A stretch of DNA of 64,000 nucleotides from Prorocentrum cordatum (taxonomy: Eukaryota), in NCBI GenBank assembly GCA_963575745.1, contig CAUYUJ010000003.1, forward strand, positions 1,302,001-1,366,000, written 5' to 3'. The notes beneath the pieces were generated by a model. The model ran no database searches. It saw nothing but the letters and a program-made list of their open reading frames with translations, and was not told the DNA's origin. Positions 1 to 12,790 of this stretch are shown piece by piece. Every line of letters starts with the position of its first letter. Within the stretch, counting starts at the first letter, position 1. Both the position numbers and the translations under genes were made by a program.

Positions 1-212
1 GCGTGCGGGAAGCGTTATCCTTTTGCCGGAAAGGGGGGGGGGGCTGAAATACTCCATGAGGCTAAGCACGCTCGGGAGGCCTGGAGGCGCTCGCGCCGTG
101 CCCGATAAAGACTCGGGAGGGGATGCTTGCTCGCGTCGGGGCATGGGCCGAGGCTGGGCAGCGCCCGAGAAAGCGGGGCGTGGGGCCCGGTACGCGCGCT
201 CCGCGCTGAGCC

Positions 213-314
213 GCCCGCGTGGTAGAGCGTGCCGTCGCAGTCGAGCAGGAAGGCGTCGTAGTCGCGGAGCAGGTCCGCCACGGTGGCCGGCGAGCCTGAC
301 TCCACGGCCTCCAT
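213..314 (-). CDS. First exon of a HAD-superfamily subfamily IIA phosphatase (phosphoglycolate/4-nitrophenyl phosphatase-like)
   Basis: MEAVESGSPATVADLLRDYDAFLLDCDGTLYHAG contains HAD motif I (FLLDCDGTL = DxDGT). Similarity stops at a possible GC donor (214 or 211). A candidate second exon follows CCAG at 80 (GLPSVLSLMEYF). The gene would run off the window. Confidence 0.72.
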
Positions 315-2377
315 GCTCGTGGCGCCTCCCCTGGAGGAGGGAGCAGGGAATCTTCCGTGGTCCCATGCGAACCGATGCTAGTCGACGCTAATGGGTGCTA
401 ATCGACCCTAAGTCGACGCTGATCGAGGCTCACGCACGCAAGCGCACTCTAAAGACGGAATCTCGAGGACATACGAGGCTCCCATGAAATGCCATCGAAG
501 GAATTGGCTTCGTGGTCGCTCAGCCCTGACAATGTATGATAGGTAGCCCAACGTCACGAAAAGCGGATATAACCTCCGCGGCATCGCGCCGCCCTGGAGC
601 CTCTCCAACCCAAGCCGAGGGGCTCGAAGCACAGTGACCTTCGCCCCCACACGGGTGACCTGAGGCAATCCCAGGACAAGCTGCGCCTTCTCCAGACCAG
701 GCTTGGGACGAGCTGAACCTGGCGTTGATGCTTGTCTGCCAGGCTGGGCCCAGCTTGAGTGTTATTGGGCCCCCACTCTCTAGCCAGCGAGCTCTGTGGC
801 AAGGCCTCCCGTTCCGCTGTGGGAAGCAATCGAAAACGAAACTGGATGTCTGCAGTGCCATGGGTCTTGCGAGACCATACCGTACTTCTGAGGACCCTCC
901 TTCATCACCACCGCCCCTCCCTCATCCTGCAGCGGCGTTGGGCACTACATGGCGCACTATGCTCTCGCACCGGCGTGCCGCATCCCGCATCTGGCTGAAT
1001 AGCGAGCCGAAACAGCTCTGTCACGGGGGCAAAGCAAAAAGGTGAAGCGAAGGCAGTGGCCTCGCCTCCCCTGACTGATTGCACCAGACCGTGTCCTTCG
1101 GGTGCCGCAAGCCTTGGCAGCGAACCGTATGTCGCACAAGTGCAGTGGAAGAAAGAGAAAGGGAAGGAGGACGAGGGGGAGGAAGCAGGACGAGGACGAC
1201 GAGGACGACGAGGAAGACCACGACGGCATAGCGGGCATGTAAGGAGGATCCGCGGGCACATGCCACAGAGGCGGGAGGAACGAGACGGGCGCAGAGCAAG
1301 CTGGTTTCTCGTGCGGTCGCCCGAGCGCACAGGACTGCCTCACGGCACGTTGACTCCTACACTAATGCATGGAAAGATCTACGACGACTCGGGTGCCCTT
1401 GTTCAGACGACCCCCGCATCCCCTGACAAACAAGGTCACAAAAGGGTACGCCACCAGCTGTGCGAAACGAGCCCCTTTGATCGCCCGCTGGGGATCAGAG
1501 CGAAAGTCTCGAAAGTTGGAGGCGGCCAGGGGGTTGAGCTAATTTGGTTGGGCCTCTAAATAAAATCGGTCAAGAAGGGAGGGGGGGACGCCAAATCCGC
1601 TCAAAATCGGTCCCCAGACCCCTCCCAGGGTCCATCTGGCGCAGTTCTTAACACCCGATCCGTTTTTGACGGTCCAGGGACCCGGAAACGGTCCCCAAGG
1701 GACCGGAAAAGCCCAAAACATCCCCGAACCCAGAACCCAGAACCCCGAACCTCCGCCTCCCTTCCTGCTGGCCAGAAACAGTGGTGGGCCGCTTCAGACT
1801 TCCAGCTGTCTTCACCAGGACATGAACAACATCGGGCACGAATTAGCTACTCGGCGATCTCGAAGAGCTGGCGGGTCCAGAGGAAAAAACGGCCGCCACT
1901 GCTGCTCTGAGGATGCTCTCAGAGAGCTCAGGTGCTCCGTATCCCAAGGTTGCGCCTGAACACTTCCCTCCCAAGGTGTCTCGGAGGAAGAATCGGTACA
2001 AACATACACTGTCGACGGTCCGCGCGGACTTCCTGGATAGGCGCTGGACCCCCCTCCACGCCAGGGGCGACGCCGCAGGAGCCGCCAAGTGGCGGGTAGG
2101 CCAACGCCGATCTAAGGAATCCGCGCGGACCTCAGAAAATGTATGTTTATTCCATTGGTTGTTTGTCAATGTTTCTCTTCCGTACAAAGTCGCACAATTC
2201 CCGCTCGTGGGGCGCAGACGGGCACCTAACCCGTCGCAAATGCAGATTGGCAGCGGCACCGGTCGCTACAGGGGGCTCGGGCAAGAGGGATGCAGTCAAC
2301 CGAAAAGGGACAGAAACGCATGCAGACACCGTCGACGATCCACCTGCTCATCCTCCTCCCTGTTGACAATAATGTTT

Positions 2378-3063
2378 ATATATGGATGAGCATACAAATT
2401 ATACGATATATATACATATATATATATATATATTGAAATATACATAAGCATGTTGTACCTACATAACTATATACACACATACAACTATACATGCATGCAT
2501 CCATGCATACGTACATACATCCATACATACATGCATACATGCGTACATGCATACATCCATGTATGCATACATGCATGTATACATGCATACATATATATAT
2601 ATATATATATATATACATAGGTATACGTATACATACATACGTACATACGGACGTACACACATACACACATACATACATACATACATACATGCTTGCATAC
2701 ATACATAAATACATGCATGCATGCGTGCATACATACACACACATACACACATACATGCACATATACATACATACATACATACATACATACATACATACAT
2801 ACATACATGCATGCATGCATGCATGCATGCATGCATACATACATACATACATACACACATACACACATACATATATACATACATGCACACACATACATAC
2901 ATACATGCATACATACATGCATACATACACATACATACATACATACATGCATACATACATACATACATATACATACATATCTATTTATATACATATATAT
3001 ATAAATATTCATATACATATGCATATGCATATGTACATATACATATCTATATACACACAGGCA
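2378..3063. repeat. (TACA)n/(TGCA)n/(TA)n compound microsatellite
   Basis: Directly visible. Confidence 0.97.
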
Positions 3064-3295
3064 TGCACACCAGAACGGTCCGATTGCCCGAAGAGGCTCC
3101 GAAGAAAACCGCAGGAGCCCAATACTGCCCAAAATGGCCCCAAGATGTCCCACGATGGCCCCAAGACGGCTCAAGATGCTGCCAAGACGGCCCAAACCGT
3201 CTCCAAGAGGCCTCCCAAGAGGGCCGTACGAAGCAAAAGTCAACGAGTCCCCAATTTTTTGCAGGCTTTTGCAGGTTTCTTAGCGACAGCCTAAC
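3064..3295 (+). repeat. Dispersed GGCCCCAAGA/CCAAGACGG-rich repeat family
   Basis: Repeated ccaaga(t/c)gg motifs. Related tracts at ~10900-11620 (reverse), 14960-15220, 23690-23810, 32640-32900, 36380-36860, 37965-38120, 45420-45670, 47620-47720 and 55130-55440. Confidence 0.75.
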
Positions 3296-3299
3296 TATG

Positions 3300-6200
3300 A
3301 GTTCTGGCCTGTCGCACACGCATTGATTATCCCCCTTCGTCTCCGTGTCGACAGGGTGGAAACCACCTGCTGCCGCTAGCGGGGTTGCGATATTGAAGTC
3401 CATGGTTTCTATGTCACCGTCGCTCCAAAATTCCGCACCATGGCTGTAGCTTTGGTGTAGCACATGGATGAGATCAGTATCGCGGAAAGCATATACTCCT
3501 TCAGCAAGAGATTAGTCCTTCGCTTCCTGATCAGTTTTGACCCTCATGCCCCATCTCTCCCTGGATGGGAGGAATACCAGCGTTCAGGGGCGCGTGGAGC
3601 TTCCGGACATCAGAAGCGCGTGAGAAAATTTCCCATTGTCCCCGCCTGACACGGTCATGGACACAGTCAGGCCACAAGAACGGAATCTCGAGCATGGCAC
3701 AAGTTTCATGTTCAACAAATCGCGTCCTTACCCGAGTCGAATAGAGCAGAGCACGACGAGTTCGCACTTGATGTAGTGTGCAGACGTCTCGTAAACAAGT
3801 ACTCAATGGCCATCCGCTGGCAATATTCTGCCGCGATTCGTGGGGAGCGTGCCAGGCGCATCATGGCCAACACCCGCTTACGGGTGGGCACGCGTCCTTT
3901 CAATCCGTCGTACCAGCCGTCGGCATCGTAGAACTGCTCAACGAGAAACTCTTCAACAGCGTGCTCCCTCTTGCGGGGAATCAGCGTAACCTCGTAATCA
4001 ACGACCTGGTGGGGTCCTATTATATAGTCTCGACATGAGGCAGCGTCCCGGATTCGGCCCTCAGCCCCCTGACCACAGCTGTTTGATGATCTTCGCATGC
4101 GTTGAAAGTGTGGGCAGGGTATGCGACCATTGCCAAAGTTGCAGACGATCTGCTCCTCGTGGCCAGTAATTGTAGAGTGATGAAGCACACTCTGGATGAT
4201 CGTTTCCCAGAGGGGTCTTCCAGTAGGGCCAGATCCCGACGACGATGATGCTCCGGTCGGAGCCTTCGTCGCTTCCTTCACGGTCGGCGCCGCTGGTTTG
4301 CGAGACTTTGCCGTGAAAAGCATGGCCGTTCCTTTTTCGAGTGCCTCTATCACATTCTTCATATTATCATCGATGGGCAAGGTCTCCATGGGGGACCCTG
4401 CTTCCACTTCCATTCCGTAAATAGACGCTCCGTCGTCATACGGCACTGACGTTTTAACGTCGGTCTGCCCATGCCTGCCTGTCATGGTTTTCCACCAGCC
4501 ATGATGAGAAGTCCCTCGAATTGATATTGACGGACTCAGGCTGCACGTACTGCGGCGCTCCAATATCACCGAATGGTAGAAATTCCCCCTCCTGGCAGCG
4601 CACGTGGTGGCCGCCAGTGGGTATGACATGACTCATCACCGGACCCTTCGCGCCTGGGGGCAGGGGTGCCGGAGTCGACGCCTTCGGCGGGGGAGCAGTC
4701 GGTGGCGGAGGAGGAATGGTAGACGATGCGGCACCATAGGGGCGATCCGCCACGTCGAACGTGGGGCAGCACAGCTCGTAGCACACCTTCGCCGCGTTGA
4801 TGATGTACTTGGCGAAGTCTATGGCGCACGTGTAATTTTCCCCTCCCGGGAGGAAGTGCCAGTCGTCGCCCTCTGGGTGCTCTCCTCGGTGATATAGCTC
4901 CGAGCCGCGTAGTAGTAGCATCCTGGGGTTTTGGCCAGCTTCCTGGTAGAGGTTGATCCTGTTCTGTCCCCGTGCAAACACTCGGGACGCGAGCGTCTCC
5001 CAGTTTCGGCGGTCAGATCCACCTTCGATATGATGCCAGCTTTGTCCATCGCCAAGGGCGAGCATCACGAGCATGTCACCTGTCGCATTGGCGACGTATG
5101 CCTGCCCGTCCACGACGTCGTCTACCATGGATAGAGCGTCTCTCTCCACCTCGTCGTAATCCGAGGGCGTGTATTCTCGTCTTGCCCCCTTGTACTCGTT
5201 TTTGGTCTCCGTCGTGGTGGACGCACAGCTCGTTGCCGTTCCATATCATAACCCGACATCGGGTCTTGCTGCGTCCATGGGGGGCCTCCCAGTTCATGGA
5301 ACGTAGGTTGGCTCGAATATCGTCCAGACTTCCACCGTTCTTGACATGCACGCGCGCCCCTGCCCCTGTCGAGCGACCTTCAAATTGTTGCTTCAGGGCG
5401 ACATTGAGCGCTGGACTTCCTTTGGCGCTTAGGAACGCTATCGTGGAGTCGGAAGAAGCGAGGTATTCCACATCGTTGAACACCCTATCGCCTTCGTTCA
5501 AGTCAGCCCCGAGTTTTCCGGCCCACGTTTGAGTCGGGACGGGCCTGAACCACGTCGAATGTGGAATGTCATAGGCTGCGTAGAGGTAGATCGCCTCCCC
5601 CGAAATGCAGGAAGGGATCCCAGCCGCCCTGATGAGGCTACTCAGCGCAGCGCAAGCCTGGGGAAAGTCGAGCATGGCGAAAGCCGTAGCCGCCTCTGGC
5701 TTGATGACGTAGGCGAGGGCCTTGCCAATCGATTACTGCCGTGACGTACTCAGGCCTCGGCCCTGTCAGTGGCAAGACGTTCAGGTCCAGACGAGGGTCG
5801 GGTCTGCTCTCCTTCTTGTACCGCTCGTAACAGTACTCAAGAGCGTTCCGGTAGCCGTGTACTCCTACCGTTTCAGCAAAACCACACCTGTTCCGCTTCT
5901 TCGCCGTCTTGGAATCGTCGGCTTGCGAGCGGCCAGCCATGGGCTGTTGGGCCGTTTCAGCTGACCCGGTACCGTGGGCATGGCCCTGGGTACCTGCACT
6001 CCCCGTGTTCTTCACATCGTCCTGTACTGTATCATGTACTTCGTGAGGGGTCTGGTCAACTTCGATTTTCTCGGGAGGCGGAGGATCCTCGACGACATGG
6101 TCGTCCGGAGTCCTCGTACCTTCCTCCTGAATCGGCTCCAACTTCTCCTCTTCTTTCTGTGGCGAATTGGGCTCCATTTCCACGACGGGCAGGTCCTGGT

Positions 6201-7944
6201 CCTGCTCGGCGTTCTGAAGGGTAGACTCAGCCGTCTTTTGTGCGTCGACGGATTTCTCCTCCAGGTGGCGTTTTTCAGCCATGGACATCACTGTATGCTC
6301 CGCGTTGGAGACCGATTGTTCATGTGTCGCAGTAGCCTCCTGGGGCTTCAGACGGATATGTTCCTCTAGCCTGGCTTCCCTGTCTTGTGCTCCCCGGAGG
6401 GCAAGACGGGCCTGTTCGGCAATGGTTCGTTCAGCTCTCTTTTGCTCCTTAGCCTCACGGTCCGCCGAAAGCGCAGCCTCATGGATGGCAACATTCTCTT
6501 CCTTTTCCATTCGAAGGATTACATTGAGTTCATTTTCCGTTTGCTGTGCAATGAGTTCGGTTTGCCTTTTCTGATTCGCTTCCACGTCAGCCATCATGCT
6601 GCGCGTGGTTGCGATATCAGAGAAGCGTTATTGTTCTCGTTGATGTTGCCTCATCTCCTGCTGTTGCTCCCACTCGCGGCTTTTGTAGGCGGAGCAGTCG
6701 TGTTGTTTCGGAGGCAGACACTCATGGCACAAGTAGCTTAGAGCATTGAACATAATCGCCTCGGCATACAGGCTTCTGGCACTGTCGAGTATCGGTCGCT
6801 CTGCCCGGAAAGCAGTTCTCTGGGCCCTCTGCGCAATCCGGCACGCGGTGCGCGCAGGTTTCTCTGATCGTAAATCGGGGCGTCGATGACCTCGAGAGAG
6901 ATGAACCGTGGTGTGACCCCCTTGAATTGCGACTACGACCGCCCTTTCCCGATCGTGACCTCTGAGAGATTAAGCCCGGTGAATTGAAGAGCTGCCTCCC
7001 GCGGGATCTGGCGCCAGGGACTGGAACGGGTTCGTCATGGACGCCCGAACCGCCAGGCTCAGTCTCTGGACGCTTTTCATATGGGGATAGCTTTATGTCT
7101 ATCGGATCTTCTCTCGGGGTCCTTCCACGCCGCGCATCTGTCGCGCCCCCCCCCGGATGATGCCCCTAGGTCTTCCGCGCGGGCGCCGTCATCCACGGGC
7201 CCATGCTCTTTTCCGCGCGTCGGACATGGCTCGCGGCATGCTTCTTCGGCGCGCCTTCAAGGGTCGATGTCTCGAGGATCTCGGAAGAGCTCGATATGGA
7301 CACCGTCTCCTCCTGGTTAGTCGGAGTCTTGACATCGCCCTCTCGTCGGACGAGCTGGAGTTCACGACTTAGGCTTGCACGACATTGTCGGACAATGGGT
7401 TCCGTGGGCGACCTTCTCCCCCGCGCCATTCCTCTTCCTCATATGAATCGTCTTCGGGAAGAGGCGCATCTTGCCGCCCACGGTTGATCGGGCCGCCGTC
7501 ATCTCGTATCGCGTCGCTGGCAGGAGAAGGATCACGAATGAGGGCGCACGGGTTCCTCGACGCCAGCTTCAGGATGGCTTTGTTGCCCCGCTCAGTAAGG
7601 GAAAGCTGACGTGTGGGTGCGATGGAACTCCCCAATATCGTCTTCTCTGGTTCCTGGATGCGTTGGGCGGTCGACTGCTTCGGCCCGTCGGCTTGCACCT
7701 CATGCCTTCCTAGCTCTGTAGGGTCGAGATCACCTCCATCATTCTTTTCATCTTGTGAGATGGTGTTCTTACTTGCCCCAAGACGGCCGACGCGGTCGGT
7801 CGCCCTTGGATTGGAACCTTCGGCTGGGAAGCCACCTTTACCCAACTTAAGCCCAACAGGGCTCAAATCATCAGGTAGTACTGGCCGTAGTGGCGGGGTC
7901 CATAGTTGCGGAACCAAGGACATGGCGGAAAATAAAGGTTCCAA
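3300..7944 (-). pseudogene. Long frameshifted ORF (Cys/His finger, coiled coil, SGNH-hydrolase-like domain), probably a retroelement ORF1/gag-like relic
   Basis: Overlapping minus-strand ORFs 7369-7944, 5638-6597, 5076-5675, 4454-5149 and 3712-4629 read as one frameshifted protein. Motifs: CQKPVC..QCSK/LCHECLPPKQHDC (~6700-6790), an E/Q/K/A-rich coil (6250-6600), and SDST...NGG...IWNGNE...DDWH. Confidence 0.55.
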
Positions 7945-8689
7945 TGTCCGCTAAACAATGTGGAAAGGAAATATGCGTTGCGTAAGCAAAGCGCGCGCGG
8001 GGGCGCGCGCGGGTTCTTTTCGATCTGGCACAGCTTCGGTTTAGTACATGTTCAAGCAAGGTTATATATGTACATGAACGGCGGCAAGGAGCGCACGGCA
8101 ACGACTTGGGGGCCGTGCGCAAGGCTCAGAAACGCATAAACGAGGAACTGCGGAAAAACGCAGAAAGCATTAATTCTTTAACATATTCAAGGGTTCGGAG
8201 ACCTCAAAGGTTTCGTTTTTTCTTGTTCTCTGCGAGCTGAGGGATGGCTTAAAAGCGAACAAAACAAAAAGCATGCGATTCCACATTGTTCAAGTTGCCG
8301 CGCATGTGCTGCGGGTTCGAAGCTTTCTGGATGCACGCCGCGGTCTGTCGGGATGCCTCTCGGGGTCTTCTTGTAAAAATAAGCAGAGGGCGCGTAGGAA
8401 ATGCACAATTGCTTTTCCCCGACCACCCTCTGGCGTTGGGTCCTCGCTTGAAGAAACAGCGCCCCGCGTTCCTTTCTCCTCCCGTTGCCCCCCACCCTGC
8501 CCCCATCACCAGCACCATCGCCACTATCGTCGCAATCTCCCATCACCCACCGGCATCATCATCTGCAGCTGCATCCTCATCCGCATCATCATCATAATCA
8601 TCACCATTAACACATCGCCATCATCATCATCGCCCCCACCACCCGTGCCGGCACACCCCTCACACACTCCGCGGCTCCATAGGAAGCCC

Positions 8690-9590
8690 CAACTAAGGCC
8701 CCAGTGGCGCAGCTCGCACGGCGGCGCCGCCCCACTGCGGCGCGCCCGTCGCGCGCTTCGCGGCCCCTATGGGGTCCAAATAAAGCCCTAATAGCGCAGC
8801 TCGCATGGCGGCGCCGCCCCACGCTGGCACACCCGTCGCACGCTTCGTGGCCCCATGGGGGGCTCCTCGTCAGATCCCAGCGGCGCAGCTCGCATGGCGG
8901 CGCCGCTCCATTTTGGCACACCCGCCGCGCGCTTCGTGGCCCCATATGGAGTTCCAACTGAGGTCCCAGTGGCGCCGCTCCCACTGCGGCGCCGCCCGAT
9001 TTTGGCACCCGCCACACGCTTCGCGGCCCCGTGGGGAGCTCCAAATAAGGCCCCAATGGCGCAGCTCGCATGGCGGCGCCGCTCCATTTTGGCACACCCG
9101 CCACACGCTTCGCGGCCCCATACGGAGCTCCAACCAAGGTCCCAAAGGCGGCGCCGCCCTATTTTGGCACGCCCGCCGCGCGCTTCGTGGCCCCATGGGG
9201 AGCTCCTCTTGGGGTCCCAGTGGCGCAGCTCGCATGGCGGCGCCGCTCCATTTTGGCGCACCCGTCGCACGCTTCGTGGCCCCCCATGGAGCTCAAACTA
9301 AGGTCCCACTGGCGCGACTCGCATGGCGACGACGCCCCATTTTGACACGCCCCTCACACGCTTCGCGGCCTCACAGGGAGCAGGCCCCATTGGCGCAGCA
9401 CGCACGGCGGCGCCGCCCCATTGTGGCACTCCCCTCTCGAGTACCATGGCCCCAAAGGGAAGAGGTCCCAGTGGCGCAGCTCGCATTGCGGCGCCGCCCC
9501 ATTCTGGCACTCCCCTCACATGTATCGCGGCCCCATGAGGAGCTCCAACCAAGGTCCCACTGGCGCAGTCCACATGGCCCCGCCGCCTTG
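8690..9590. repeat. GC-rich tandem repeat, unit ~89 bp, ~10 copies
   Basis: Recurrent ggcgcagctcgcatggcggcgccgctccattttggcacacccg...cttcg(c/t)ggcccc. Confidence 0.93.
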
Positions 9591-9659
9591 TTTCTTTCGG
9601 CCCCGTGGGCTCTCGCCCTGGGCCGTCTGCTGTCCGGCGCGCTGCCCCCTCGGCCGACG

Positions 9660-9925
9660 TCGCCAAAGCGCGATCCTGAACTGCGGCCGCCACGAGGCCG
9701 GGAACGGCAAGAAGGACGACGACTGGTGGCTGGAACTCCACGCGCTGCTCTCGCGCGCCACGCGCCACGAGGACCTCCTGCTCACGCGGGCGCCGCGCGT
9801 CGAGTTCTTCCTGACAGGGCCGCCGGAAGGCTTGCGGAAACAGCTGGAGCAGTCTGCTGCGCGCACGAATCGGCGCAGAAGGAAGGCGGCGGCCCTCGCC
9901 AGGGAACTGGGTCACCGAGTTTATC
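9660..9925 (+). mobile_element. C-terminal fragment of a PIF1-family (Helitron-type) helicase
   Basis: SAILNCGRHEAGNGKKDDDWWLELHALLSRATRHEDLLLTRAPRVEFFLTGPP resembles SF1B motif VI (YVALSRA) and its flanks. Confidence 0.6.
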
Positions 9926-12790
9926 CGCGAGGCTTGACCCGCCCGACCCTCGCCGTCTCTCGACGGTCTGACTGTTTGGCCTTGCGCCACGGGCGACCCG
10001 CGCGCGTCGCTGGGACTTTCTCGGGGCGACCAATGCGCGCCGCGGGAACTGCACGATGCGCTCTGCCCGGCGCCTCGCTCGCCCCCATCGTCGCTCTGCC
10101 CAGCGGCCAGAGACTTGCCCGCTATCAGCCAGCCTGCTAGCTCTTTCTGCTCCGCGCAACGGACGACCCGCGCGCATCGCTGGGACCCCTTCGGGGCGAC
10201 CAACGCGCGTTGCGGGGACTCCGCGCGGCGCCGCGCCCAGAGCCTCGGACATGGGCGCGCGCGGGCAAGGAGGGAGAAAAAGAACGGGGAGGAAGCGGGC
10301 GCGATCCTCGCGAGGGGCGCGCCGACATGGGCGTCGACATTTACGCAAGTAGAATCACGCGCGCGCAGACTCATTCACAATCAGACTCGCTCGCGCTCAC
10401 ACTCACCCGCTCTCAATCTCTCGCGCAAAGACCTATCGTCTTCGTTCGCGCCGTGTGCCCCGCCACGCCTTTCTGCACGCCCCTCGCACGGTCCGTGGCC
10501 CCATGGGGAGCGCGGGCGAAGATGATATTCGTAAGTGCGGCACTCACAACTGCATATGGTCGGGTCCTTCGCCATGAAAATGTTCAACTCAGGAGATCGT
10601 GGGATCCCGATTTCTACGGTGGTTTGAGGGGCAGCCAAGGGAGAGAACACGAAGACGATCCAAGAGAGTGCCAAGATAGGCGTCAGAGAGTTCAACAGCA
10701 TTCCCGGAATATCTTTGCATGTGACCCCGAAGTCTTGATGGAACTCGAGGGAAAGGATAGGGAGTAGGAGTCCCAACTTGGAAAACAAGATCTATGGAAT
10801 TCAATTGTTGTTCAAGTTCCTCGGTCTTTGAACGTTGGAAGCGGGAAAAAGGCGAAAAACATATATAAAAAAGAAAAAATGGAAATGATCAGTGTTACCC
10901 TCTTCGGGCTCTCTCGGGACGGCTCTCGAAGCTCTCTTGGGCTATTTTGGGGGCCTCGTCAGGGGGCCTCTGGGGGGGTCCGGAGTCCTCTCGGAGAGAG
11001 ATCTCTCTGGAGGCCTCCTGCTCCCGCTCTTGGGCTCATCTTGAGCCTGTTCCGGGCTGGTCTGGAGATGTTCTGAGCGTCTCTTCGGCAGTCTTGGGGC
11101 CTTCTTGGCTCGACTTGGGGCCGTCTTGGGAGCCTCTTGGGCGGTCTTGGGGCGGAATTGAAGGCCTTTTCGGCCGTGGTGGAGCGCTGGAAACATGAAA
11201 TGGTGACAAAACCAAAACCAGGATACAGGGTCCCGGGGCAGGGTACCGGGTACCTGGGGCAGTCGGGATTGCCTTGGAGGGCTGCCTATGTGCCACAGCT
11301 CTGCCCGCTTTCTCCTGCCGGATCCTGCCTTAGGCGTTGCTTCGCTGCATTAACGCAGAGCGAGGGGCGGCCGAGGTAAGCCAAAACCTTCGAAAAAACA
11401 AATGACAATAAACGATTTTAGGTTATCCGGGCGATCCATGGAGGCCTCTCGGAGCTCTCTTGAGGTCTATTGGAGGCCCTGGGAGCCTGGAGAGCCGCGC
11501 GAAAGCTATCTTGGGTTGCTTGGGAGCAACTTCGGCCGTCATTTTACGTTCTAGGGGGTTCTTCGGGTCGTCTTGGGCTGTCCGTTGGCGTTTGGGGGGC
11601 TCCCAAGGAGGCCCGGAAGCGCAGTACCGGGAGCGTAATCCAGATGTCATCGAGGTGGAAGACCCCCCGGGAGGGGCCCCGCCCTTTTTATTTATGCTAT
11701 AGACTATGTATGTATGTACGTATATAAAATACATGCTTCCAAGAAGCCCCAAGATGGCTCGAGGTGGAACTGAGCCTCCGAAGAATCAAGAGTTCAGAAA
11801 AGGATGATGACAAAGATTTCGAACGGGAGCGGTGTGGGGCAGCAGGGGGGCCAAACTAGAGGAAGAAAGAACGAACGAGTGGGCTCAGGGGGACACACCT
11901 ACATCGACATAGACGCCAGGATGACATACATAACATACATATCTTTCTCGCTTCCCCACAATTTTCCATAGTTTCTCCTCTTTCACAAAAATCAGCGTTT
12001 GTTTAAATTTGTGCCTACTGCTCCTCCCTGAACCTCTCTGAACCCCTCTCCCCGGCAAGGGGAGCTCACCAGAGACAGCGCCGAAGTCGCCGCCAGGGGT
12101 CCAGCGCAAATCCGAAAAACCCGCGCGGACTTCCGAAAATAAATGCTCATGTCTTTCAACATCATTCGAGAAGGCGGTGGGGAGAGATTCGGGCCGCACG
12201 CCAGGGGGGGAATAAAGTGAGGGTTGAAGAATCAGCTCGCGTAGCTGATCTCTTTGGCGCCCTCCCAAACCTTCCGAGAAGAGCTTATTCGACAAGGCTT
12301 TGCGAGCTCATTCGGCAATCTGCCTTCACTTTGGCCAGATAAGCTCTGGGGAAAGTATGGGGAAGTGCTCTCTCGCATCGGGAATGCTGCGCATTTTTAC
12401 ACTTTGTAGCTTCGCTAGACTGGATAAGCTCTCGCCGCTGACGCTTCCCAGATAAGCTTTCGGGGCCTCCTGGATACGCTCTCTGGTCAGTCACTCAGTC
12501 AGGTCGCCTTGCGCCAGATGGTGCGCGAGCAAGAGAGTATGCTTCAGCACGAGCTGCTGCCTGCGCTGGCTTCGATGGCGTTACACCGATCTGGGACATT
12601 ACTCTGCCTACGATGCGAAAGCCACACAATATCGCAATACGTTTTGAATGATGTGCTCCGAGCGTGCTACAGCACAGGAATCAAACGTGCAATGCGCGGA
12701 CAGCTGACTCCCACGCCAGCGCTGCGCCGCCCTCCGGGGAAAAGTAGTCAGCAAGACGGGTCAGGGTGCCAGCAATGTCCAAACAACTGT

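Noticed and set aside
520..861. VGEAPG resembling family-4 uracil-DNA glycosylase
   Set aside because: No other UDG motifs; likely chance.
2376..3326. Long MYVC/HTYI ORFs
   Set aside because: Translations of a microsatellite.
8690..9590. CRISPR-like appearance of the regular repeats (also 16.3, 25.3, 31.5 and 33-36 kb)
   Set aside because: Intervening sequences are similar to each other rather than unique spacers; no cas genes; eukaryotic context.
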